Assembly (NCBI RefSeq): GCF_018977255.1
Contig: NW_024704743.1
Span: 94,738,001 to 94,802,000 of the forward strand
Direction: 5' to 3'
Source of the DNA: Callorhinchus milii
Taxonomy: Eukaryota
Length of the DNA: 64,000 nt
Shown: positions 10,701-25,700 of the stretch, in pieces
Numbering within the stretch: the stretch's first letter is position 1
Layout of the letters: the number at the start of each line of letters is the position of its first letter
The notes under the pieces: generated by a model
Told to the model about the DNA's origin: nothing
The model's input: only the letters and a program-made list of their open reading frames with translations
Database searches by the model: none
Translations under genes and position numbers: made by a program

Positions 10701-13700
10701 CTGTATATTTGTGTGTGAAACCCGGCAGCCAATTACGCACAGCAGTGTCCCACAAACAGTCATGGATTGAAGTGACCAATTTTTATTATTTATAAGCTTG
10801 TTATTATTGTTATTATTAGGCATGTGGAGTAAGGAAACTTGCCCAAGGTTTTGCGCGGCTGGGAATCAAACCCAGGTCTTTCGCTTGCAAGGCTCTAACC
10901 ACTGAGCTACAGGAATCCTTGCTGTTGTGTTAGTGCCTTAGTCTTACCCCAATGCCTTAGTGAGTTTCCAATGCCTCCCAACGTGAATGGCGCTATACAA
11001 GTGTAATTTGTTGTTGTTGGCATATGTGTGTGTGCCTTTGTGTTAATTATCACATCACGTACCACATTCCTCCAGTAACAGAAAATGATAAATTAAATAT
11101 TTTCCAGGAATATTTCACTTCAGAGACTGGACACATGAGTAACTCACATCTTCGGCACTCATGTTATGAATCTTTCGCAGGAGTGCTTTCTCCCTATAAA
11201 GATTGTATATTTTTAAAGTGTCCAAACAGACAATGACTGTAATCATGCCAATGCACTCTCAGGCTGCTGCCGTAATTCATAAACTGAACTGACTGCTGAT
11301 AAACCACCAGCTTTCAAATTATATCTGACATTTCCTACTGGGACTTTTACATTCTTAAAAGTCAATTTAGTATTTTTTATTTTGTTTTAAACTGTTTTAT
11401 GTATGAAAAAAAATCTGCTCCATGACCTGGTTCCTAAGGAGAATGCCAACTGCCCCTGATGCAAGTAATAAAACGCTGTAAGATACACTTTTATGTGGCA
11501 AGTGCTTGAAATATTGATTGCAATGCTACAGACTTGTGACTGTTATCAGATTTCACCGATTTGTATTCATCTTATAGGCGTTTGCCTAAAAAACAGTCAC
11601 TACACTTTACAGTATATCCTGTGAAGCACTTTGAGATGTCGTCATGATGTGAAAGGCACTATATCAAATTCAAGGAATTTTATTACTATCATCATTATCT
11701 TTATATTCTTTGAAATTTGATCTTTGACAGACCGTGCTTATGGTTTACTGTACTGGCACACTGGAGCTGCCTTACACCTCACTCTTAGTGCAGGTTATGA
11801 CTGAGTGCAGTTTATGGGCCGTGCTAAAAATAACATGATGCATTTGTCAAGACTGCTTGGTAGAGTCTATTGCTGACTATTAGATTGAACATTCACAAAA
11901 GGCATTGCTGAGTGGACGTGCCTGACATTCAGTAGAGGGGAAGAAATCCACACAGTGCACTTTACTCAGAAGAGGTATGAATGTTGGCCTTGCTTTAGAA
12001 GGCGGAGAGCAGGGGTGTCCTGTGGATCTGCTGGCTATCTGCACCGCCTGCTGGCCAGAAGAAACCAGGCACTGGATCATCGTTCAGATTGAGGGAAGCC
12101 AACAGAAACAACACTTAACAGCGTGACTGTTTGGATCGACAAAGCATTTGTACTATTTAAAGTGAGTGACACGGATGAAAATCACAACCACACGCAGTAA
12201 CAATACCGCAATAAATTATTTGCTGTTTTAAAATAAAGAAAATAAAAGCAAAGTCTGGCTTTGCACATCAGACATGTATTGATAAATTAATTGTACCTTC
12301 TGCTAACCGCTCCTTCCAACCTTGCGCTGCATAAGCAAAGAACTCATTATTCAGGGCTGAGGCACTGAGGCGCATAACCCCGTCACATCCCATCTGAAAA
12401 CAAGGTAATGGCACTATGAGTGCAAGAATGAAATAAACATTACATTGTGGAGAAAATATGCTGTCCCATTGATTATAAACCAAAGTGTATCATTTCACAC
12501 ACTACGCAGCAAGTGAAGATGAACTGATTACATTTTGTTTATCACAGAGACTGTATTCCTTTAGTCAGTTTGCCTTAGGTAGAAATCAATATTGCACTAG
12601 CCCAAACATGCTGCTCAAGGTAGCCTACAAACTGAACTCTTCTGAAACAGCTCTGCCACAATTTAACACTTTGAGGACTGAATCTCTACAATACTTGGGA
12701 CCTTCTGCAACAATAACAATTCAGCACATCTCAAAACCTGCAGCATAAGGTCTAATTTGTAATATTCACAAACCAGAATTGATGCCATACTTGCTATTGC
12801 TGGTTGGGAATGTCAAAAACGCCTATTTTGAATTGATACAGAATGATTGATGATAAGGAGATACAATATCAATGCAAAACATTTACTGGAACTGCAAATC
12901 AACAGTCCGGTGTAAATGAGACTGTTATTAAATGGACATCTTGGGGGCAGTCGTTCTGACAGGGTCTGTCCAAGGTCATTTTCTATTTACATATCCAGAA
13001 CACAATATAGAAAATTAGAGTAATTATCTGTGAAACAAACGCTTGGGGAAGTTCAACATGATAACGTGTTATTATTTAAAATGTACTGATATGAGCAGGT
13101 GACTAGTGTAGATGAAAGTTCTAACACTCAAAGGGATTGGGATAAATTGAATTATATTGGCTTAGGAATGGTGTGTGGGCTTTAACATGGATAAATGCAA
13201 GGCTATTCACTTTTTTGTGAATCATTCAATGTGTACATACACTTTTATTCACATTGTAGGTGACAAAGAGCCAAGGCTCACACTGTAATGCATCACCAAG
13301 TTTGGAAAGAAAATCAGAGAGCATAAGTTAAACTCAGAAGGTGCTATGTAACATAAAACCTAAAAGCTGTGAAAGAAATTGAACTAAACATTATAATTGA
13401 AGGCTATGAAGGAGAGCAAGGTTTTGTGATTCAGCTATTTGACTAAGAGAGGAGTGAAGGCTATGTGCAATGAGGACACACAATCTGAAGGTTGTTGATG
13501 AATGTTGAGTGAAATCATTAGAAAAGGAGTGGATGGGATTTGATGCAGAGTGGAAGAAATCTTTTTTTGGTGCGCTAGAATTTTGATACATGCAAAAAGT
13601 TCTTAAGTCTTCAGTTGCTAGCAACAGAGAACTAATAGAGCCAGTATTTGCTGGTGCTGGAGTGTGTGACTGCTGATTTGCGGAAGTATCGGCTCTTCAT

Positions 13701-16700
13701 TAAACACAGAACTCAAAAGCCTACCACACTAGCGATCCCGAAGTCTAATGCCACAGACCCAGCTCCTCCAACTTCACCATTAAGAACAGCATCAGGGATG
13801 GCCTAGGCCATAATCAGTGTGTGAGAAAAGTCCACTATGTTGATTATGTATCATGTACATCATGAAAGATAAAGAAGTGTTTACAAATAATAATTTGCAA
13901 ATAATAATAATCCTTGCATTTGATATATGACAACAACAACTTGGATTTATATAGCACCCTCAATGCCGGATGGCATCTCAGAGCGCTTCACAGTAACGGA
14001 TCCTGGGGCTGAGCCAGGGGGAGGGGGAGGAAGGCGACCCCGCAGTCGAAAAGAAAGGTCTTCAGCAGAGACCTGAAAATAGGAAGAGAGGGAGCGAGGC
14101 GAAGGAGTGAGGAAGGGAGTTCCAGAGCCTCTGGGCATAGTGGCTGAAGGCACGACCGTCGAGGGTGGAGTGGAGAACTCGGGGGACAAGGCGGAGGCCA
14201 GTCCCGGAGGAATGAAGACAACGGGTACTGTTTTGAGGAGAGAGGAGGTCAGAGAGGTAGGGGGGTGCAGAGGAGTGGAGGGATTTGAAGACAAGGGTGA
14301 GGATCTTGAAGTCGATCCTCTCTGGGACAGGCAACCAGTGCAGTCTGGCAAGGACTGGGGTAATCGGGGAGTGGAGATTTGTGCGGGTGAAAATGCGGAC
14401 GGCAGAGTTTTGAATAATCTGGATTTTATGGATGGTAGTGGAGGGGAGGCCGGCGAGGAGGGCGTTTGAATAGTCCAGCCGAGAGGTGACAAAGGCATAA
14501 ACCAGGGTTTCAGCGTCTTTCGGAGAGAGGTATTGGCGGAGATGGGCGATGCGTCAGAGGTGGAAGAAAGCGTATATTTTGAAGTGTATTTTGTGGCCAA
14601 AATGTGGCGGGCTGTTTGTGCACAAGAATGTAACAAACAGCTAAGAATGAGTGACCAACTTTATTTGGGGAATTGTGGCCAGGCCACCGGAAGAAACCCC
14701 CTTCTCTTTTTGAGTAGTGCCATGGGATCTTTAACATCCACCTGAACAGGCAGATGGGACCTCAGTTACCATCTCATCAGAACGATTGCACCTCCGACAA
14801 TGCATGCATAATATTCACATAGAATAATTGGGCAAATGTAAGTTTCAATAAATAACTTCCGGAGCAAAACTCACTCAACATTTTTTAGTTTCATTTCCAC
14901 TTCTTTGATCTTTTTAAAAGCTAAATATTGTTAGAGCCAGAAACAGCTTGAGTCAGCTCAGTTCAGGCCTATTGCTCTGCAAGTAGAAGTTTTATAATTT
15001 ATGTGAGCTGCTGAATTCGATCCGTCAGTGGACTCGCTGAAGCTGAACCCGCAGGCATGTGTACACAGGCATCCAGCAGAGCCACTCACTAACTAACCAG
15101 AGATGTAACCAGAGGAATACTTTCATGTTATTGTGGGGACAAATTAGCGATTCAAGAAAACAAATGTTGCAAAATGTATTCTTTCAAAAGCAAATCAGAC
15201 AGATTTCTTTTAGGAAATAATATCTTGGGATACAGTGTATAGTTTGGGACATGACATGTGCATGCGACTGCCAGGAAGGTGGAAGGCGAACTGGATGGAC
15301 CTTGGTTTTCTTTCGCCGAGCAATTCTTATGCTCTTTTGTATGATTGAGCACAGTGACGAATCCCAGTATAGTGTTTTGGAAATGAATGAGGAATAGGCA
15401 AATTTGATAAAATGCAGCAATGGTTTAGGAACAGAACTTTCTATGATCTTAGTCTCAAGAACATTGTGTTAAGATTTTTCATTGTGTAGAATTCCTTAAA
15501 TTCAGTCTTAATTTGGTAGCCAATTTTCTGCAGTTCTTAAAAAGGTGTCAATATAGTAACTACAGTTGGAACATTTCAGCAGATCCGGTAAAGATATCTA
15601 GATTTTGTTTACACTAAGTTTTTTATACGCGCATGGAGTGATCAATACTTGTGACAGACTGGAAAAGTGAGGTTTAAAGCAAGGACACATTATCCAGCAC
15701 CTAATTTAACTTCAACAAAAGATTGGGATCACTGAGTGAAAAGCTGAGTTTGTTTATTAAAAAGATGTTTGGGAGAATGCCATTTCTGATCCTCGGCACT
15801 TTACCTTGTGTACTAGCACTACTCCAGATTGAGCAATCACTTATTAAAATGGCTCAGTCACAGTCATATTTTAATCCCACAAAAAATAGCATAAATCTTG
15901 ATTTTAAAAAGGTAGGGAAAGATTGGATAGTGAGCATTTTAGGCAGCACAAGAAAAATGTTTCTTATGACTTTTGCAAAATTAGAAACTGCATTAATAAA
16001 AAATATAAATTATCTTTTTAGATTAGTGTGTTTTTCTTGCAAATTAGAGGCTTTTTAACACTACTTTTGTGTTTCTATAAATATTATTTGGATATTTCCA
16101 ACACTGGATATTTGTAACAATAGGCTATACTTTCTATGTAGAGCTTTTCAAAGTAGTACCATAAACTAGTTGTGTTGCAAGACGTAGCATTCATTTAAAT
16201 TGGAATGATCCTTACATTTGATATAGAATATTTCATGCCAGAAGAACATCTGCAAAGTGTAGTGACTGTGCATTTTTGTTGATGCACGATTACTTTGTTT
16301 AGCTCATTTGAATTATCTGCTTTCAAGAACATTTTTGTGATTTTGCAACTTTGGACACAGGGGGAGAAATTTCACCTGGGTCTAGATTTATTCTATTAGT
16401 GTCACATTACAGCATCCAGAATTTGGCAAAGTGTATCATCCTTGATTTTTAAGTTAGATTTGTTTAGTTATTAAAAGAACTGACAGAAAATGAACTTGAA
16501 AATTAAGACTGCATTTAAGAATTTGTCAATAACGGCTGAACATGGGGTATATCAGCTACAGCATTCCATTTTGTTCATTGTAGATGTGTTTGTGCATTTT
16601 ACATAAACTGTTGCATTAACTTAAGGGCATTAATTCAGATTTGCCTGTAGTTAGGAAAAATAAGCTGGACTAAAAGTATATACCCAGCAAATAAGGATAG

Positions 16701-19700
16701 CTTGTGTTTGTGCTGATGTATCATCTGCCACAAATCCTGCAACAGCGATGGATGATTAGAATAAAACATCTTGACTCTTGTGCTCCTACGGTTTTATTCC
16801 TCTGAGGTCCTGAAGCACTTACCGCTTCCATAGGGAAACCACCTTACCATTAACTGCAGCAAGAATTAAGCCAGCAGTATACTTCACAGAACCAATCTCA
16901 GGCTTGTCATCTCTCATAGTCTTAATTTAAGGTCATGCAGATTTTTTAAAAAAATGTTTTGAATTCAGCCTTAATGTGGAAGCGGATTTTCTGTAATAAT
17001 TGAGAGAAATTATGGAAATCTGTTGGGCTCCAAATTAAGTATGTTGTAAAAAATTCTGCTCGATCTTGAATTTTCAAATATTGGTTCTAAGGCTGAAAGG
17101 GTGAGAAATTTCAGATTTGTGGTAATGTAATTACAACAACAAAAAATAAATTTGTTATAGCGCCTTTAACATTGGGAGGATGTCCAAAAGCACTGGGCAG
17201 TCAAGGATGTGCCACAAGTACTACCGTCACAAACACATAAAGTGATCATTTGTAGTTGTGGTTTATTGGAAAGTTATACTGTAATTTTTCTTTATTGAAT
17301 CAGAAATCCTGCACTTTGGAGGCAAATGTAGGTAGATCTGGAGCTCGGAAAACAGCCGTTTTACAATTTTAGTTGTCTTTGGAGACAAATTAATCGTGTG
17401 AAAGTGATATTAGTGGTTAATTCCATTACCCAAAAGCTCACTTACAGAAAATGTGTTCAAATACAGTAGCAACTGGACAGATAAAAGGAGATTCCACTCT
17501 TCTGCACACAACATAAAGAGCAGCTGTCTCTGTTTGACAATACACCACTCTATATAAAACTAGATAGGTTCATCAATGACATTGCAAACTCTATAATCCC
17601 TTACTTTTGACACAGGTTACTGACTTATTTTAAACAGATGGAACTAACTGCAATTTAGTAATCACCTAATCATAGAAATGCCACATTGTCATGCATTTGT
17701 CTAACAAGTTAAGAATCTCCGACAACTGTAAATTGCTTTAAGTGGTGACAGCCCTGAGTGAAGTACTGTATCTCTGATGAATAATTATGTTAAACCACTT
17801 CCAGAAGGTGGGTAATGAGTTTAAACGTCATTCAAGCATATTGGAAATAAGGGTCTTTGTCTTAGAAAAAAGGAATCCAGAACTCAAGTTAGGAACATAG
17901 TTATCAGATAACTTTAAGTGGTGACAGCCCTGAGTGAAGTACTGTATCTCTGATGAATAATTGTATTAAACCATCTTCAGAAGGTGGATAAGTTATCTGA
18001 TAATAATCTTTTAATTTTCTCCCAAAATTACTTGTTCTATAATTTGCACAATATAAGGATAGTGTGGCTCCTTGCAGGTTGCTCAACTCCCAGTATGTTT
18101 GTAATTGTGCATAAAAGCATCGAAGAGGGTAAAGGGAATAGAAGGCTGTACGTGAGGGGAATAGGAGAGGTGATGGCTCGTGTGGAGTATAAACACCGGC
18201 ACAGATAAGTTGGGCCGAATAGCCTGATTCCATGTCATATCACTCTATGTAAAAGCGATTTGGAGAGAGTACGCATTCTATTCCAAACACAGGAACATTT
18301 CCAAAGTGAGCAAGCTTTTAGCCATTCTGTCTCTGCTTTATGGAACTCCATTCCTTTGCCTTGCCTCCTACCTCCTCTCCTTTTATGCCAATTTAAGACC
18401 CTTCTGTTTGACTGTGCATTTGGTCATATTCCCTCCCACCACCTGCGAAACATTTTGAGATGTCTTATGACGAGAAAGATGCTATTTAAATTAAAATTAT
18501 TATTGTTGTACTTCAGTTTTTAAAAGGTTGAAATGAGCAGAGTTAGGAAGATGTAATGATGAAAGATAAAGAAAAATTAAAGTAATCCAGATTTTAAACT
18601 CAATCTCGATTGTGAAAAAATTGTCCAATGAATTCAAAAATGAGGCCGAGCAGTTCTTTCTAAGACCTGTCTGAAGTCTCAGCTCCTTCTCTCTATACAG
18701 TGTAACACAGCTTCTCTCAGGGCCAGAAAAAAAACTTGCTACTGAGGAGTCTGTAGATTGAGGCTCCAAAATAAAATGAATCTTATCCTGAAAGAGTGGC
18801 AACCATAAAATGGAAATAAATTAGCATGATGCATTTTTTTTATTGCTAAGCCATTAAAATCAAACATCATCAGGCTTCAAATGCTCTGTATAAATTTTGG
18901 GGTAAATTATAATGTGTTATGATTTTTATTTGTGGGGAGGGGATGTTAGATATAAAACTAGTTGCTGTTTTGGTCACATCACATTATCAGTCATCAGAAA
19001 ACCATTGTGTTCTTACACATTTTGTCAAGTTAAAGTCTTGGGCAAAGTTTGCATTTTAGGTCATGGTGTGAAATACATATCGCCAACAGAAAGTGAAAAG
19101 TACTTTGAGTTCTGCTCACCTGTCTGTCTACTTCTGGGAGTAGAAGCAGAAGTTGCTGTTGGAAGTGAATTGGCAGAGAGGCAAACGTGTGCTTGTTTAT
19201 TAAAGCTCGCAGGTTAGTGTTCACCAGGATGGAACCTGGGGTTTCAACATCAATTTCCTCCCCCCTTGTCCGTTTCAGCTGTCCTGTTTTTTTTAAAAAA
19301 CAATTGATTAATACTTTCAATTCACGTGGATTGGGCTGTGACCTTGATTACATTCCTATTATCAAATAGAAGTGGACATGTTTACTCTGCATAAAAATAC
19401 CTTCTCTTTCCACAACTTTTGCAAGAGAAATACAGATGACGATGGCCCTTTGACCCACCCACTCAGAATACTGACCTGAACATAACACCATCAAGTTTTT
19501 TTTCCGAATGTCCAATATCCAATATAGCCTCTCCTTGGTAACACGTTCATGCTATTAATTATACTCTTGTTATGTCAGTTCTAAAAGTGCCCTTCACTAC
19601 CCTGACACTGCCCTCTTTTCCTGCTGCTCTGGCACAATTGTTCTGGGTTTACATTAATAGCCTTGGTTTGTCTAGTCATTGACAAAACACTTTAACAGTA

Positions 19701-22700
19701 GAAATCACTCGCTGCTCTTCTCTGCACTACTTCTAGGGCAGTTGCTTAATGTTACGGTGACCAGAACTGTAAGCAGTTCTCCAGGTGCGGTTTGACCAGA
19801 GATATAGGTTGTTTCCATTGTCTAGAATGTTTGCTAATATTAGCAGCAAATGAGCTTCAGTTACAGCAATTTAGTAACAAGATTTTTTGTATTGACTTTT
19901 TAAATACAACAACAACTTGCATTTATATAGTGCCCTTCATGTGGGGTAGTGTCCCGGAGCGCACAGCAGTGTCGCACAAACAGTCATGGATTGAGTAACC
20001 AAATTATTATTTGTTTTTAGGGATATATAGATATTGGCTTCACAAAGGAATCCTTCCTGTGGTGGGAAGAGTTAGATGGACATTCAAACAACCTCTCAAA
20101 GTGGAAGTACGAGTACAGGGGATTTGTGAGACATGTTCATTTAAATGCTTAAAAAACAGGCTAAGGTCATCAGTCTTAATCTGATAGCCGATTTTCTGCT
20201 GTGGTTTTCCAGATTCCAAAATTCTTTTCATCCTCGTGCTTCCAAATGAATGCAGAATTTTCCAAAATTCTGCCTGATCCTAAATTTCAAGTCAATGTCC
20301 TTAAAGCAAAGACAATCAGAGTTTTCTGGCCTCAGATGTTTCCATAAAGCACAGGAGTCTAAAGCTCATTTGATAGCCTCTGCAAGCATCATTCTTGCTG
20401 ACGATAGCGCACTGCTTTGATGTTGTGCCTTTTTCTTTGAAGATAAAGGCAGTGCTATATTACTTGGAACCTGAAATTTCCAGGTTGGTGATTTGCAAAT
20501 GCTCGGACTATCTATTGCATGTTATCTGTCAATAACTCACAGCAGCCTTTCATGTACCTTACGGAAAACTTCACCGTCACCTACCTTTGTCTACAAAATA
20601 CACAATTGTTGCGCTTTACAATAAATCCTGTGAAGCATTTTGAGACCTCCTCCTAATGTGAAAGGTGTGGTATTGAAAGCCAGGATTATTATAAATGCAA
20701 ATGCAAGGATTATAAACTTCCACTTGATAAAGCACCTTATTATGCCAAAATGTCTCAAAAAGCTTCACACAACTGATTAGTTTGAAGTATAGTGAACACT
20801 GTTAAATCACACATATAGCTAAACTGTACAAGAATGATCTTGCAAACAGCAATGGCCAAGTGATCATTTATTTCCCCGAGTTTGGAAGGGGGAAGAATAT
20901 TGGCATAGAGAACATTCCCTTCTCATCTATGGAATAGTTGCATAAGATTTTAATGTCTAACTGAAGCACCAGAATAGGCAGACAGGTTCTCGGTTTAATA
21001 TCTCAACCTGAGTAATACTATCCGATTAATGTTAAATTATAGTCAGTGTTTAATTGCAGACAGCATTTTCAATGACAAGCTATGTGATTTTGTGTGGTTA
21101 AATTCCAATATTACCCCAACGCACACTTTGGAGTCCCCAAGCCTTGGCTCTTGCCAACCTGCTTCTGATACTCTCTGGAATTAGGTAAGCAATGTGATCC
21201 CTCTAAGGAGAGTGAGTTTCCACATGTATCAGACATCCGATTGACCAAACAAAGAATCACCGATGACCAACAATAAAAATAGGTAATGTTCAAGCCCTCC
21301 CCCTCCTGCCTGGCACACATTGGAGAGCCCCCGACAGCAGGGGTTCATTGAATCATAGAATAAGACAGCACAGAAGGAGCCCATTTGGCCCATCATGTCT
21401 GCGCCAGCTCTTTGAAGAGCTATCTAAATCAATCCCACTCCCTCGCTCTCTCCCCATAGCCCTGCAAACTTGTCCACCCCAAATAATTATCTACTTCTCT
21501 CTTAAAAGTTGTTATCGAATCGGCTTCCACCACCCTTTCAGGCAATGCATTCCAGATCAGAACAACTCTCTGTGTGAAAAAATTTCTCCTCACTTCCCCT
21601 CTGTTTCTTTTAATAACTATTTTAAATCAGTGACCTTGGGTTACTGACCCACCCGCCAGTGGAAATAGTTTCTTCTTGTTCTTCTTGTTCATCGAATCCC
21701 CTCGTAATTTTGAAAACTTCTATTATGTCTCCTCTTAACCTTCTGTGCTCCAAGGAGAATAATTCTGTTTTCCCTCATTCCTGGTACTATTCTGGTAAAT
21801 CTCATTTGAACCCTCTCCAATGCCTTAACATCCTTCCTAAGGTGTGGTGCCCAGAACTGAACACAGTACTCTAGCTGAGACCTAACCAGTGTTTTATAAA
21901 GGTTCAACAAAACTTCCTGACTTTTGTATTCTATGCCCTATTTATAAAGCCTAGTATCCCGTATGCTTTTTTAACAGCTTTATCTAAAATTTTATCTGCC
22001 ACTTCAAAGATTTACTTATGTGAACCCCCAGGTCTCTCTGTTCCTTCACATCCTTATTATGGGAGAAGCATCAGAAGCATTAGGAGGTTGCAGGATCTGC
22101 ATAATAACTGTTTGAGGGAAACAGCTCAGATGCCACAATGTCTGTTACAGTGAATGGCCCACAATGTGGCCTGCCTTTTAACAAAATACACTCCTGAGCC
22201 AGGCTACATCAATCTTATAACAAGGATAACTGAGAGCCTTATCACAATGTTGTTAATATCTATCAGAAATTCTTCATCAGGCAGAGTGGTGAAAAAATGA
22301 TTTCTGTTCTGATAAGTTTTATTTGAAGTTCGCTCAGCTGCACACTCTAAGTGTTAGCAGAATGACAAGCCGACTGCACTAACACAAGCTTTTCAATCAG
22401 CCTCTTTTCAGTCCAGCACTTTCCAAATAATAATCACTGTATTGCAGACAGGCTGTCATTAGCAGTGAGTTACATTCCACTTTAATGATATTTTAGTGAC
22501 ATGATTAGGGCCTGAGCTTAATGCATATCCCACTGCCATCCATCCATTAATCTTCAATTAGGGACAGCAATGCTTTCTAAAATTTACGCCTTGCAAAACG
22601 TTGTTGCTGTTGCATTGCAAACTTTTAGGTTTAAAAGCATCATCATGCACGGCCTGTGCAAGCTGTATGTGGCTTATTGATCACTGTCTGTTAAGATCAG

Positions 22701-25700
22701 ATCGCAATCTCAGTGAAATGCTCCAGCAACTGATGGACCGCTTGTCATCTTTCATCTTTCATTGAACACAATGAGGGAATGAAAGTACAGTAAAAGTACA
22801 GCAAGGTTACAGAGATCAAAATATTTGGAAATACAGGTGTACATCAGCACCCCATATCTATAAGCCAGATAACTGGATGCAATGTCTTGCTGAAGTTTTG
22901 AGATAAAAATCTTTAGTTGCACAGATGTATATTATTACTACAAACACATTAAAACTGGTTACAGGATTATTTCTGAGTAATCAAATTACTGGGAACAGCT
23001 TTTTTTTAGAAGGTGCAGAGGGGAGGTTATAGAGAGGCTGAGATAAAGAAACACATAGAGACACACAGAGTCTGAGACAAAGACAGAGAGGGGGAGACAG
23101 AGGAAGACCGAGAGAGAAAAAGAACGTGAGGCAGAGAGAAACACACACACACGCAAAGACACACAAAGACACATTTACTCACACACAGAATGAGAGGCAG
23201 AGAGACAAAGATACAGAGCGATTCTGAAACAGAGACACAAAGAAATACACCCATTGAGGTACACACACACAATAAAACACACATACATAAACTCAAAGTA
23301 TGTATTAAACATTTCTTAAAATTGACACTTTAATTTAAGCATCAGTATTCTGAGAGAACTGCAGAATACCAGATTCAAAATTAAGACTGAGTTTAAGATT
23401 TTCGCTAAGTTCTGCACAATCTTAAAACCTTAAGACAATGGACACCTCCTGATGCTACCCTCTACATCACTTTCTCTGTTAATCTCCGTTGCAGTCAGTC
23501 TTTCACATGGTTATAACCAACCGCTTTCATGATTAAACTGATGAGTTTTTTTTAAATCACAAGTTTTCGTTACACTCTCCACTACTCACTTCAGTGTGCT
23601 CCAAAGCAAGCCCTATCCTGACAGCACTATCCTCTCAGCCTGCCCCATCATTTTGTACTACTATAAACCACTGGCTGAAATTCAGAATTATAATTACACT
23701 TGGTTGTGCTGATATCTCTATTGAAGGAATCACAGTGACGGCCTCACAAAACCTCTTGGGTTTAGGGCTTCTGCATGACGTTGTTCAGACCTGTTGCTTT
23801 TAGTCATAGATTTGAACCAGGCTACAATGGGTTGCCTGCATTCTCGAAATCTTGGAGGTGGCAAACATTTGATAAATCACCTTTCAGGGTGTACCCTAGA
23901 GGATAACAAAGTGCGGTTATAAACAATTACTTTTCACGATTGAACAAATGGTAAAATTAGTTTCTTTATAAAAAAAACTGTTCCTTGAACACGCTCCATG
24001 ATCACTCAAGTGTGCTCCAAAGCATGTCCTCTGGTGAACTTCACAGTGATTCTACTTAATAGCAACCACAATTGCTTCCTTTGGCAAACCTTTATCAAGA
24101 TCGATATATTTAATGTGGAAGAAGAGCCGTGTGCTGGTTTTGTTATGATGGCATTAAGTACAAGCGGCTACAAACCCATTAAAATGACACAATGGAAATA
24201 TTGCTATTCTTAGCAATCCACACACGATAAACCTCAAAGATGCTTTTTGGCATGATACACGTCATCACATTGTGTATGTGTGTGTAAACAAACAAATATG
24301 AAACGGTTGCACAGACAAGTTGGTTACACGACATCACTGCCTTTTTAACCAACTGAGGGGATGGATTTCATTGCTGAATTGATAGAATTTGACTGGTGCA
24401 TCTGAGGAATAATGAAGAAAGATGGGCTGAAGCTGCTGGCATTACCTGAACTTGATCGTTTCAGCCTCTTCAGCTGCTGATCCGTTGCTTTAGTTAGGCC
24501 TGGTGTTGATCTCAGCTCTTCTCTTAATTCCTTATCAGAACCATTCACTTCACCGGCATTGTTTGATTCAGATCCTGAACAAGAAGAAAACAGGACAATG
24601 TTTTGCTTCGCCGAGTTTTATACATTTGCCTTAACAAATCAGCAATTCACCCTCAAGGCTGCATGGTAGCTTACACTACATTACCAGTCTGAAATGTGCT
24701 CAATTTACATATCTTCCACCGATTCCAACTTTCGAATGCAGATGATGAGTTTGGCTAACGTTGCTTTACCTATTGACTCCAGTGTGTTCACGTTTCACTT
24801 ACAAATTGCTGGCTTTCCTTTGTTAATAATATTCCTTTCATTTGAATCTTATCTTAGCGCCTTATATATATCATCGAATAGATTCAAGCAGGATTTTACT
24901 GTAAAGTGTAGTGACTCTGTATTTGCAGGTGAACAAATTGGACCATTCACAACGTTTAATCAGACATCTTCAGCAAGACCCTTTTTTCCTTCTCAGTGAG
25001 AATAAGCAGATGTTTGTATTCATTAAATTACTTCTTGGGACTCACATGCCTCAGGACTAATGCAACTGTCTGGCTCTGTAGTGCAATTTGTGGTGTAATT
25101 GGGCAACACATACAACACAAGAGACAGAGCCTATCAGGCAAATATTCTCATGTGATTATGTCACTGTAATTATCAGTTACATTTTTGGCCATGTCAAAGG
25201 TCAAGCAGCCTCTTCTCCTGATGAACTACATAGTCTGGAATGATCCTAGTAATGATGATGCAGTGCTGGGGGTTAACATTGTCGGAGATACAGTCCTTCA
25301 GGTGAGACATTAAACCGAGGTCCCGTCCGCTTGTTCAGGTGGACGTTAAAGATCCCATGATGCTATTCAAAAAGAAATGGAAGTTTCTCCTAGAGTTCTG
25401 GGCAACAATCCCCCAAATCAAATTGGTCATTCGTTTCCTGGCTGTTTCTAGGACAATGCTGTGTGCAACTGGGTTGCCCCATTCACCCTCAAATACACAC
25501 TAAATCCAAAGATTATTATTATTATGATTGTTGTATTATTATATCAAAAGTTCTTGGTGCGTCTCAAACCTCCTTTTAGGGGATTGTAGAGCATCGGAAA
25601 TTTGGTAAATTCTTAAATACAGGCATAATTTTAAAGCTAGTTTTCTGTAAGTTCTTTTAAGATATACCTAAAGCTGGCTTTTAAGTTCAGACCAAATTCA

